Source of the DNA: Geosiphon pyriformis uo1
Lineage: Eukaryota; Fungi; Glomeromycota
DNA: 64,000 bases
Direction of reading: 5' to 3'
Assembly: GCA_016748015.1 (NCBI GenBank)
Contig: JAAOMT010000764.1
Coordinates: forward strand, 8,336-72,335
The notes under the pieces were generated by a model that was not told the origin of the DNA, did no database searches, and worked only from the letters and a program-made list of their open reading frames with translations. This document shows positions 52,201-64,000 of this stretch, one piece after another. Every line of letters starts with the position of its first letter. Within the stretch, counting starts at the first letter, position 1. Made by a program: the position numbers and the translations under genes.

Positions 52201-55200
52201 CGAAGGAAATGAAGTGATCCTTCAACGAAGAAAGAATATTGGCTGTGCCAAGAAAGGATTGTAATTTATGGATTTAAGATGGACACTAACAATGAACTTC
52301 TTGTAATTGATTTTTTCCTCTTTGTAATTAGCTGTGCTAATTATCTTATACATAGTTCCCATGTAATTTTAATTTTATTATAAAAACTTTATACATACTT
52401 TACATAAGTTTTTTTCGCAGGGAAATTGGCTTTGGGTTTGAAACATACTCATTTAACCTATGGATGCAATTGGAACATTTTCCGTAGTTTTGGCCAATTA
52501 TTCTCTAATTTTATCTAACAATTGACGAGACTTTCAATTTTAAATAATGAAAATTTATATTGCCAATAACTTGATTAGCCAACTCTTTATGAACATTTAT
52601 GATCAATTTCATCGAGACTAGAAAAAACAAGGAGTGATAAAATGGAAAAATAAAAATTCTATGAATTCGTTGGCTTTTCATTCATGGTCACAAAATTACG
52701 ATTTTATCCGTGACTAGATACCACGGGATAGGTTATTCTTAGCTTCCTTTTTTTTTTTTTTTTTTTCAAGGTTTGTAGTTTCTCGGCGAACGGAAAAACA
52801 AATAACTTTAAAACTTCTCTCTTATTTACAGTTTGGTATTTGCATTTTGTTAATTTCTTTTTATTGGGTATCAATTTTGGAAATGAGACCGTCTTTAACT
52901 AAAAAAATAAAAAGCCTGTATCTTTAAAAAGGCTACAAAATAGTACTACAAGGGAAACAAAACAATCATATTCATTTTTTTCCCATTAATATTTGAAATT
53001 TTCAAGGTTCACAGCTGTCTATTCAAATTAGGTTTATCCGACAAAATATGACGTGTAGCGTTTTAGAGATCAAAGCTAAAAGTACATATGAAATCTGAAT
53101 CTAAAAAATATTTATGACTCATGTAATTTATTTTTAATCAATTTTTTGAATATTTTTGAAATAATAATCATATATATATATATATATTAATGAACATACG
53201 TACAGGTTTAAAAAATCACAGAGTAGTGTAAAAAATAAAATTAAATAATGTAACGCTAATGTAATAAAGAAAAATGTATTAAATTAAATTAAAAATTTAC
53301 AAGATTAAAACACGTAATTATTTTAAAAGAACGATTGTAAATGGATTGCCATAGTTTTTTCTCAAAATAATTTCAAATAACCAGTTGATAAATAATACCT
53401 AATTAGTGATTATTTTCCACTATGATTATTTGTCAACCCTTATCTAAAGAATTTTCAATCTTTTATTTCATTTTATATAAGATTTTCAGTTCTTTTGAAT
53501 CTGGATAATAAAATTGCAAAAACATAAAATAGGCAATTGCTCAACTTTTTTCCTGTACGTAGCCCACTGGTATTCCTGTTTTTCCCTTTGGTGACTTTTG
53601 CACCATTGACCAGAGAAGCATAATGACGGTATAATAAAATTTTTCAATAAAGAGTAATTCTGATACAAACTGGTTTGTTACAGGATATATTGTGTTTTTT
53701 TATCCATATCGTTAAATGAGAACAATAATGAATCATTGAAGCTGCAAAGTTTAAAAAAAAAATAATTTCTATGTCAATGTTCTTTAACTTGTGTTATTGC
53801 ATGATATTTGTTGGTCAGCTTGAATTAAAAAAAAATTATTTTGATTCATTTTAACCCCTTTTTTTTTAAATCGATAAAGCTATAAAATCTCATTGAATAC
53901 ATTTTTTATTGATCGATATTTCGATTCATGCAATGCAATAATTTTTTCTGTTAAAAAGTTCTAGAACAGCATTTTTCCATACTTTTTGTGTATGATAATT
54001 AAAATATTATTTTGTTGGGTTACAGTATATTGCAGAAATCACATGAAAAATATATTATTAAAAGCTTCAAATAAATAAATTTTTTAGATAAAAAAATTAA
54101 TATGGGGTTTTTTTTTCAATCACAACTTACATCAATTTCACTAAGCTAATTAAGTGTAAGCTCAGAATAATGACTTCCCCCTTCTATTTATATATTATTC
54201 TAATTGATCGAGATTCTAAGAAATACAGCTTTTTTAATTATCCTTTAAAAATTTTTAATTTGAGATTGTTGAACAGCCAATTCATAACTTCAGAAACGTT
54301 TTGTTGAAAACAAGCTAATTTATGAGCTTTGACTTGTATTTTCTATGTTAAGGCATTTTTAATAAAAATATTTTATCTAAAAATAATGTTTTTTTTTAAT
54401 TATTTTTGGACTCATTTTATGCAATTTTTTTTTGTTTAAATAATTTTGTTTGTCAGAGTTTTTGTTAAATAAAAATATTTTTTGCAGATTTATTGATCAT
54501 GTATCTTTAAAGCATTTAAGTTTTTATTGGCAGGTTATCTCAGTTTACATGATTTATAGTTTTGTAAAAAAAAACATGTAATGTAATATGTAACTCTTTA
54601 ATTTTTTTCTTTATAAAAAAAATATATTTTATAAATATGTACACAAAAAATAAAAAATCTGATTTTTTGAATTACATACAAAATATTTAGTTTTTTATAA
54701 AATAATAATTTAAATATAAAATAATATTAATATTTATTTGTTTTCTAAATAAATCAAGAAATAAATTGCTAAATTAAATGATTTTAATTTAAGAAATATT
54801 AAATAAATTTTTTTTCTAATTTTATTTATATTAAAAGAAATAACTAATAAATTTATAAAAAAATTATTAATATATAAAAAATTATTAATATATAAAATAT
54901 TATTATTTTAATTTTAATTGGTTTTACAATAAAAATATTTCAAAACTGAATTATTTCTAATAAAATAAATTAAAATATAAATTTATTTGATCAATTTTAG
55001 ACAAGTTTATTAATTAAAATTTTCGAATTTTAATGTAACAGTATTTCCAAAAAGTAATATTTGATTCAAATTAAAACTAAAAAAATTCTGATACTTTTTG
55101 TTTTATTTTATTTTTAATAATTTTTAAATCAAATAAAAAATTATATATTAATTAATATTTTGTCAGATTTCTATTTGAATTTAATACTACTTCAATTCTC

Positions 55201-55479
55201 TTTTGAAAACAGTAACTTTAAATCTTCAAATTAGTATTTGTATTGATTTCTTCATTATTTTTTTTATATTCTTTTTTTAATCTCTTTACAAAAATACTTT
55301 TACTTTTGAAAGTATATAACAAAAAACCAATACCAAAATTTTCTTTACGTGTACTGCTAATTCTTGGTTTTTATAATTATTTTTAACTTTTATACTTATT
55401 TTATTAAAAAAATAACTTTTACCTAATTATACATGGTTTTTTCATACTATTTAAGTATATATTTTTTAAATAAAAGTTT

Positions 55480-55550
55480 TTTTTTGTTGCAATACATGAA
55501 TAAAGCTCAAAATTATATAGAAAATTTGTGGCACTTGATAAACTATATTT
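55480..55550 (+). mobile_element. IS630/Tc1-like transposase trace within the AT-rich block ~54300-56100
   Basis: aat tat ata gaa aat ttg tgg back-mutates to NPIENLW, preceded by an LPxY..EL-like stretch. Confidence 0.45.
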
Positions 55551-56304
55551 AAGTACTAAATTATTTTGTAAAATAATATGTATTGTTTTCTTTTTATTGT
55601 AATTTTTAAAGTTTGGTAGTTTTTAAAATATAATAAATTTTTACTCTTTTCAATTTTTGATCTTTGAAAATAAAACAGCATATATTGTAAAATTATATTC
55701 AAAAATTTTTGCAATTTGAATAACATCTATGTTTTTTTTTGCTTAACGAAATAAGGCCTAACCACTATCTATTCTCATAGAAATGACATGCCCTACACTA
55801 GACGCGGCTCACGCTTGAACTGCATGTGATCATTTGTTTTTATATATAAAAATTATGTTTTATTTTTTAAAAGTTAAATTCTTTTATTAAATTTATTAAT
55901 ATTTTGAATATTTACTTAAACAGCTTAAAAGAAAATTTTTATTTTTAAAATTTTAAAAACATTTATTTTAACAATTATAACATCATAATAAACCAATTTA
56001 TTAATTTAAATATGAAAAAAAAAATTATACAAAAATAAAAAATTTATGTTTTTATTTTTTCTTAAAAACTTTTAAAATCAAAAAAAAATCAATTAAAACT
56101 TTTAAATAGTGCATTGGTATATAAAATAATCAATACAGAAATGTCGCCATTTTTGATTTCCCAAATTGAACAGTTAAATTAATGTTGTCAAACAAATATA
56201 GAATCTTTTTTTAACAATATTAAAGTACACCTGGGTAATAATTCATTTGTAAAACTTTCCATCGATCACGATATTATTAAATTTCCGTTCGAGGCATCAT
56301 AATA

Positions 56305-58582
56305 ATGCCTTTCCTAAGAAACAAACTTCTCTCCAACCTCCTTTTAATCTTTATGGTTCTAACACCATACTTTCTCAGTTCCGATGCTGGATACTCTCTA
56401 CACCTATTGAAGCAAAGTATTAAGCTAGCCGACTCTCCTATGAATCAATTCTCGCGAGGACCGGAAGAATGACGCAATCATACAATTTATCAATTGTTAA
56501 CGGATCGTTTCGCCCAGCCAAAAGCAAATCAAAATACCACTTTGTGTGCTTCGAATAGGAACGAATATGAAATTCGACGATATTGTATGTACATAAAATT
56601 TGGCTTTCATGAAAAAAAATGTTAAATATTGGAAACCTTGATTTTTATATTTTCAGGTGGTTGCACATTTGTGGGAATTGCGGAAAAGTTGGATTATATC
56701 AAAGATTTAGCAAATCCTTTTTCCTTTGAATTTTTACCTATGGGGGAAAGGTATTAAAGTGTGAATTTACAATATCCAGGGATTTGACGCTATATGGATT
56801 AGTCCGGTGATAAAGCAATTCGAGAAAGAAACGCAATGGGGTGTTGGCTGGCATGGATGTAAAGTATTTATATAATCATTTTATTTTTTGTTCTCTTAAT
56901 TTTGTACCCAAGTTTAAACCGTCAATCAACTAGACTGGGCTCAAGACTTATACACAATCAATGAGCATTTTGGTACTAAAAAAGATCTGAAACGGCTTGT
57001 GGCTGAGGCTCATAAGAAAGGGATTTGGGTGATGGTTGATGTTGTCGCGTGAGTGTATAAACATAGTTCTCAATTCAAGAGACGTTTTTGCTTCTTTTAC
57101 AAAATTTCAAATTGGTCCAACTAAAATATTTTTATCATAGGAATCACATGGGCCCACAGCGAGGCCTCATACCAGGTACCAAACAATATGTTGAATCGCA
57201 CATCCCTTTCAACCGTACAAGACATTATCATGATTATTGTGTGATCGGCAATGATTGGAATGTAAGTAAGGATATTGAAATTTCGCTGCGATCAAGATTT
57301 TCGACCTTTAACCATTTTTTCTTGCATAGAACCAATATAAGGTTGAGCATTGTAGTCTTGGTGGAGAAGACTTGCCTTTGCCAGGTGAAAGAAATAAAAT
57401 TTCTAAGTTATATACCGAAAAGTTCAAATATGAGAATTCATTCTAACCATTATTATCAATTGCTTTATTTGCTTCTTTGGCAACAGATCTGGACACAGGT
57501 AAATATATATTCCCTTTTAGAATTCTCTAAAAATATTCGGATTTTATTCACTTTTCTGCCATTCCACATATAGAAAACCCTCAAGTTGTCAATATCTTGA
57601 ATGAATGGGTCGCTAAACTGGTCAAAACCTATAACTTTGACGGGATCAGAATTGATACTGTGAGACACGTGCGAAAAGATTTTTGGGATGGTTTCACTAG
57701 ATCAGCTGGCGTATTTTCAATTGGTGAGATTTATAATCAAAATTCACAATACGTTAGCTTGTATCAAGCTCATTTGGACTCAGCGTTGAATTACCCTCTT
57801 TTCGATGTCATTGCTTGGGAAAATGGGGTTTTTCGCAACCCTGAAAAAAGGATTTGGGACTTGAGGAACAGAATAGACGAAAACCGACAATGGTTTAGAG
57901 ATACAACTGTTCTCGGAAATTTCTTTGATGATCAGCCGGTGAGGGAAATATATATTAAAAGAGAGGCTTTCTTTAAAATGTCGGTCAAGATTTATTTATT
58001 GTATTATTTTCAATATTTCAAGAGATTTTTATCACGTACCCAGGACAAACTTTGTTCCGTAATGTGATAACCTTTACCTTACTCGCCGATGGCATCCCAA
58101 TAATCTACCAAGGTACTGAGCAAGACTTTGCTGGTAATCCAAATGTACCAAATGGTGGCAATGATCCTTGGAATCGTGAGGCCCTCTGGTCTGCACAATA
58201 CAATCTCACATCCCCAACCTCGATATTCATTGCCAATATCAATAAATTCCGTAAAATCCTACCTTCGAGTTTTTATAAATCTCTCTTAGTTGAAGCATGG
58301 ATCGACGAACATGTTTATATGTTTTTAAAGGATCGTGTGCTGGTTCTTGTGAGTAATCTCGGCTCTGGTGCAAAAGACCAAGGAGGAATTAGCAAGAGAT
58401 CTATCAATGTTTATACTCAAGAAAGATGGGATAGAGGAACTGAAGTCGTCAATGTACTTTGGTGTTATGAACGGTTTACAGTTGATGATAGTGGATTTGT
58501 TAAAATTGGGAATGTTAATGGGGAGGCTAAGGTGTTGTATCCTGTCAAGCAATTAACTGGGACGGGTATATGCAACCTATAA
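56305..58582 (+). pseudogene. Secreted GH13 (Taka-type, subfamily 1-like) alpha-amylase, disrupted
   Basis: Signal peptide, IYQLLTDRFA, LDYI..GFDAIWISP, WHGYW, VDVVANH, DGIRIDTVRHV, GEIY, DGIPIIYQGTEQ, DPWNREALW. Lesions: TGA at 56470-56472 replacing the conserved Trp; region IV reads FFDDQP (NH missing) at 57921-57938; 1-nt frameshift near 58050. Confidence 0.9.
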
Positions 58583-59549
58583 GTTTATTAAAAATATTTA
58601 TTTAAGCAATTAATAACCAAAAAAAAGTATTTCAATGTAACTTATCGTTGAAAAATTAGGTTTTTTTGTCCAGAATACAAAACAGCTTGCAACTTCTTTA
58701 TTTCCTGTTTGATTCGCTTAAAACCATTAGAAACCTTGATATATTGGTATCAATTGGAAAGAATTAAAAATTTTGGGATGTGAAAATTTTTTACAAACTC
58801 AAGTGTTTTCACCAAATCGAGTCTTTTAAGGAAAATTGACAATTTACCTGGTTTTTTTCATTATATTTTGTTCAAAAAGTTTTAAGTTTACAAATTAGTT
58901 CACTTAATATCTTTTTAATTTTTGTTCTCGTGACTTAATTTTATTTAAGCTTTTACAAATAACAAATATTTGGATGAAAATTTTTTTATCAAAATTGTTG
59001 CTTCTTTTTGAAACGAGAGAATCTTAGTAGCGCATATTCTAGTGGATCAATAAACATTAATGATAATTGAAAATTCTTGTAATTTTCCAATTTTTACATT
59101 TTATATATTAATTGTCAATACAATTAATTAAAACTTTTTACCAAAATACATAATAATGACACAAGTTAAAAACCATATATTAATAATAATTATTTATTTT
59201 TATTTTTTAATAATAAATCTAGGGATTTCATTTTTTTTTTTACAGATTGAAGGTTAGCTAAATATAGTAAAACCATTTTAGAATAAAAAATATTATGTGC
59301 TATCAAATTAAAACCAAAAATGTTTCACTTAAAAATGTACAGAAATGGTTTTGGCTTAAAATATGTTAGTTTTATATAAATTGAACAGTTATTTAATTAT
59401 ATAAATAAAAGCTCCAATAATTTGTTTGATAAAATAAAATTTCTTAAATAATAAAGTATTTTCTTATTTATGATATTAATTAAATCAATCATTAAAACAA
59501 ATTATTTATGTTATTATCAGAATTGACTATTAAAAGATGTCAACTTGCA

Positions 59550-61013
59550 TTAAGAAGGTGATGACCTAGAATTTGAATCGTCGCAGTTACCGAACGAGAC
59601 CCCGAGATAAGAACCGAAATGGTCTTTTGAAGTTTTTGCAGGATCCTTATTTATACAATCCTTAGGGACAATAAAAAATTAAAAAATTTTTTTTATATCA
59701 AAGTTTTGAGATAAAACAAGAATCATCAAATACCTTGCTTTCATAATCCTCGTTTCCGGAAGAACAATAATAAAATGAGCCTGGTGACTTGGTCCAAATT
59801 TCAGTTCCACTATGAACATACTTATCCGATTGATACTCAGCTGGCTGCCTTGGCACTGGATCATGACCATAGGTAAGACGAATGACTGTGGCCACTTTGT
59901 TAACGGCCAATGCAAATTTTGCATTGCCAAGACGTTGTTGCCCGAGAGTGATTACTTTTATATTTATGCCTTTTTGAAGTTTCTGGCTAAGTTCAAGCGC
60001 GATAAACTGGGCTAGCACTTGTTAAAAAGAAAATTATTTTAAGTAAGTTAGTAATTTTATAAATTAGCAATAATCTTGATATTAGAACATTTTGAACTTA
60101 CTGCCACTATAACAAAATCCTATGAAAATAATTGTTTTGATGGTGCTCCCTGATAAGGAATCTAAAATTTTCTTTGCGAATTTATTGGCAAATTTTCCCC
60201 AAGAATTATAAGTCTCAGCGCTCACTTTCGCTCCGGATACACCTGGGTATGGAACAAGCTTGGTTTCAGATTCAGAAGGTAGGCGTACGAAACCATCTGC
60301 AAAGGTCGAAAAAGCAAATACAAGGGTGTGATTTCCGATTTTAACGGTAACACCTATTGAAATGAAGCATATTACTTTGAATTAAATTATCTAATATATG
60401 GATTAGAAGTTAAAATTTTATTCAAAGTCAATTTACCGTTAAGTGGTGATCTACCATGATCAATTTGACTTCGGCAAAAAACATCCTTCTGATAACCAAG
60501 GTAGGTTTTATATTCCTTTTTTTCATCCTCGGTAATTAGTCGGGGAATTTGTGCACTGGATATTAGAGTCGGGATCGATTCTTGGAGTTCGAAACTACTA
60601 GGAATCGAAAAGGGGTTTTGGGCTATATTATTATTATTTAACGTATCTTCATCGAAATATGGATTCTGGGTTGTGTTCCAATTCTTGAAATCTAACTCTA
60701 AAACTGAAGGCATAGCCGTTAAATCGATCTCATTGTAATCGAAATGAAATTCATCATCATTATATTTATCTTCGGTGGATTTTAGCTGGGAAGATTCTGG
60801 CTCATAGAAATCAAAGTTATTCATTGGATTCTTTGGGTATTGAGATTCATCATTTATTTCAAGAACACTAGGTACTTGATAAGCAACTGCAGTTTCACCT
60901 CGAGTAACTGAGTTTATAGGGGTGGCGTTGGTTAAAAAGTTAAAAAATGTCAAAAATAAAACAGATTTAATGAAAATCCTTATATTTTTAGAGGAGCCTA
61001 ATAAGAGCTTCAT
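59550..61013 (-). CDS. Secreted class-3 lipase-fold protein with Cys at the nucleophile position (GFCYSG), 4 exons
   Basis: Exons 61013-60437, 60353-60102, 60017-59734, 59660-59550 in phase. Signal peptide, acidic pro-region, IIFIGFCYSG, ITLGQQRLGN..FA, HDPVP, YVHSGTEIW, DHFGSYLG. Confidence 0.88.
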
Positions 61014-61466
61014 ATTCACTATGTTAAGAAAGCGCTAGACTATTTTATGAGTGATTTTTCTTTGGCAAAGAATTTTTTTAGCCAAGTGAGGTTCTCTTTA
61101 TAATCGTATTACTTTGCTAATAAATACTTTTCATTCATTCATATTTTATTTATGTTTTATTTATTTGTTGCTATGTATCCTCCGTGAGGTCTTTAAAGCG
61201 ATTTTCATTTCCTCTCTGGTTGGTATAATTTTGGTACTCTATGTGTATGTTTTTATATCCCTGTTTGAAGTTGGAGAAGAAATACTTTATAGAAGTAACC
61301 TATCTTTCTTGAAGCTGCAATATGTGAGATGTTATTAAATTTATTTCACATGAATCCTGAGAAAGTCAATTGTAATTTCGTTAACTTCTTTGTTATTAAA
61401 TTTTCTATTTGAAGACTTGGGTCAAAAAATATTATATTAAGCGTTAATTTCGAAATCAGATTTCTG

Positions 61467-62996
61467 TCATAGCAGCAAATCAGTTGCGTCACCTAAATTT
61501 AAATCTTTTACATTTAAATTTTCAATATTAACATTATTACTCAGATTCAGAGGATACAGGGAATCATTTAATGTAGCGAATTGGTTATCAGGCAACTCTA
61601 AGCTTGACTCAAGAGACTTTTCTTTTTGGTTGCAATCTTTCATATTTATACCAATGTAGGGCCCAAAGTGGTCTTGGATTATAAAATTCTTTTTGATAAG
61701 ACAAACCTATGAAACAGTGAGCTGCTTTAGAATTGATAAATTTTGTTTCCAAAAAAACGAACTATTCATTTACCTCTTCGTTAGGACACCAATACGCAAC
61801 ACCATTTGCTGGATTTTGCCAAATTGCGATTCCTGCAGAAACATAAATTGAATTTTTCCCTCTCGAAGCTAGAGTGGGAAATGGATCATTTCCGTTTAAG
61901 TAACGAATTACGTTGATGTTTGAGCTCAGTGCATCCACGAATGGACGATTTCCAACTTGTGGTGTCCCAAAAGCATATACAGAAATCTTGAGTTGGGCTG
62001 TGGCTAAACCAAAAATTTCTTTAGCTGAAGATTTTAAAAACAAACCAACTGGCTTTTAAAAAAATATATACATACATTTAAGATTTAAAGATACTGCGGC
62101 GAATTGCGCATAAGCTATTCAATTAATATTAGACAAAATTTTTATTCATATAGGAAACTGATGAGGTAGAGGTCAAAATCAAAGAGTAATAAACAAAAAA
62201 AGCTAACCTCCGCCCAAACCGAATCCAGTTAAAACTATGTTCGATACTCCAGATAATTTTTTTAGGGATTCCACAATCCTATCCAAATTGGCAGCCGCCC
62301 ATTCTTCGTATGGTTTATATAAGCTTTTAAGGACCTTAGAATTCGAGATTCCTGGAAATTCCGTCGGTTCAGACTGCATGATACGATAAGGAAGTGGAGA
62401 ATAGTCCTCATCACCACTAAATCCTAGAATTAATAAACCTTTTGTTTGCCTCTCACTTACTAGATTCGATATTTATGTTTGGAATAGCAAGAATTAGATT
62501 AATAAATATTTAAAATGTACAGTACATTTAAAAGTGACTTACCAAATACCTGGGCAGATTGGATTTTGTTTGCTTTTCGCTGACAAAATGTCTCTTTGGC
62601 TAGATAAGCATAGTGCTTGTGCACAGCCAACTCTTTTGAAGAGACTTTTTCATAATTTTGATATGATATTTGATTTGGCATCAACTCTCCTAGTGTAGAA
62701 TCGTGAGGGAATTCTGAGGGTGTTACTTGGATATTCTCATTATTTAAGATTGTAAAAGGTTCATTTCTGTCACTTTGCAAATTTTGGGTTGTATCAATAT
62801 TCGAAAGGGAAGAGTATAACTCGGCATCATCTGGTGTTGCAAATAAGATATCAAGTTGGTCCGGAATTGGAGCGGAAAGTCTATCATTATTTATGGAATT
62901 ATTAATCGGTTTTGTAATTACTACGTGGATGAAAACAGAAAGCAGAACTGAAACTATGATGAAACGCTGCAAAAGCTTGAATAACAAAAGTAGCAT
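61467..62996 (-). CDS. Secreted class-3 lipase-fold protein with Gly at the nucleophile position (GFGLGG), 5 exons
   Basis: Signal peptide, acidic pro-region, HYAYLAKETFC, IVLTGFGLGGAYAQFAA, YAFGTPQVGNRPF, NDPFP, DHFGPYIG; open after splicing; TGA at 61469-61467. Confidence 0.88.
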
Positions 62997-64000
62997 TTTA
63001 TTGATAAAAAGTTATTAGGATTAGAGAAGAATTGGAAAATTTTTAAAGAACTGCGAAACCTTATATTTGTATTGCCTGTATAAGATCAACAAAAAACCTT
63101 TGCCCGACTCTTCAAAGAGCGAGAAAAAATATTTTGATATTGTGCCCAGATGCTTTTGAAATTAGAAACATATAATAGATGACTAAAAAATTGATGTTTA
63201 TATTTGATAGGAATAAATAGATGTGCGTCGGATAAAAAATCGGTATTTTTAGATTTATCCTTTTCGAACGTCTGCACAATTGAAAATGGTATTTAAAAAA
63301 TTAGGAATTGAAACTCCATCACTATATCGCAAATTTTTTGCGATGAAATTTAAATCTAAAGTCTGGTACACAAGGTATGTGAGTAATTTATTATTTTTCC
63401 ACATATGCCACCAGCTTCAACTTTTTGTCAAAACACGTTCACAATATATGATAAGGTTAGAAAACTCAAAAAACTGAGATGGTAATAGCCAAAAGAATTA
63501 TTATAAATGCTTATACAAAGATTCTTCCATTTCAATAAAAACTTTACTGAATGTAGGTTTTTTGAAAATGACCAAGGCAAAATTTTACAGATAATATAAT
63601 TTCGAGAGACTTTTAGTTTCACATTAATTATTTTTTGAGCTCTTGGCATTCTAATAATAAAATTCCTTATTTCATAAATATCAGTTAAGAATTCTCAAGA
63701 GAGTTATTAAAGAATGGTTTTTTTGGTGTTTGAATAATCACAGATTTCTAACATGGAAATCAGTCTACATTTAAAATGTAATTATATATTTTTAGATACT
63801 TTAATAATTTAAATTATTATTAAAATAGCAATTTTATTAATATTTTCATTAAATTTATCAATTAATTGTAATTACTATTTTATTTAATTAATATTAATAT
63901 TAATATTAATAAATACACAGCATTAATAAATAAAATTTATAGAAATTAAATTCTTAATTGATAATATAAAACATTTACTTTAAATTTGTAACTTTAAAAA

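Noticed and set aside
56470-56472. TGA read as Trp or Sec (alternative code or readthrough) in the amylase
   Set aside because: Other genes here use TGG for Trp and TGA as stop, and the amylase has two further independent lesions.

Overview
Eukaryotic, AT-rich, intron-rich fungal genomic DNA; the kinase and F-box gene types point to Glomeromycota (Geosiphon-like is my inference, unverified). Genes reconstructed by hand from GT-AG introns of about 70-115 nt: a Mei2-like 3xRRM protein, a plant-type asparaginase/isoaspartyl peptidase, an NADP-dependent Zn alcohol dehydrogenase, an SLC41/MgtE transporter, a TLC-like membrane protein, a small secreted Cys protein, an F-box protein, a recently broken secreted GH13 alpha-amylase, and two tandem secreted class-3 lipase-fold genes whose catalytic Ser is replaced by Cys and by Gly. 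Between the genes lie extremely AT-rich blocks. Back-mutating T>C and A>G decodes them as a Helitron (Rep+PIF1) and a near full-length LINE (APE-RT-RNaseH-ZnF), saturated with C>T on both strands in all contexts (RIP-like). Also present: a lightly decayed Tc1 element, several decayed lipase paralogues and an 841-N gap flanked by two inverted kinase fragments. Best leads: (i) a fast birth-and-death family of secreted Ser-less lipase-fold proteins; (ii) repeat-targeted hypermutation in a non-Dikarya fungus. All exon boundaries are manual readings, not transcript-verified.
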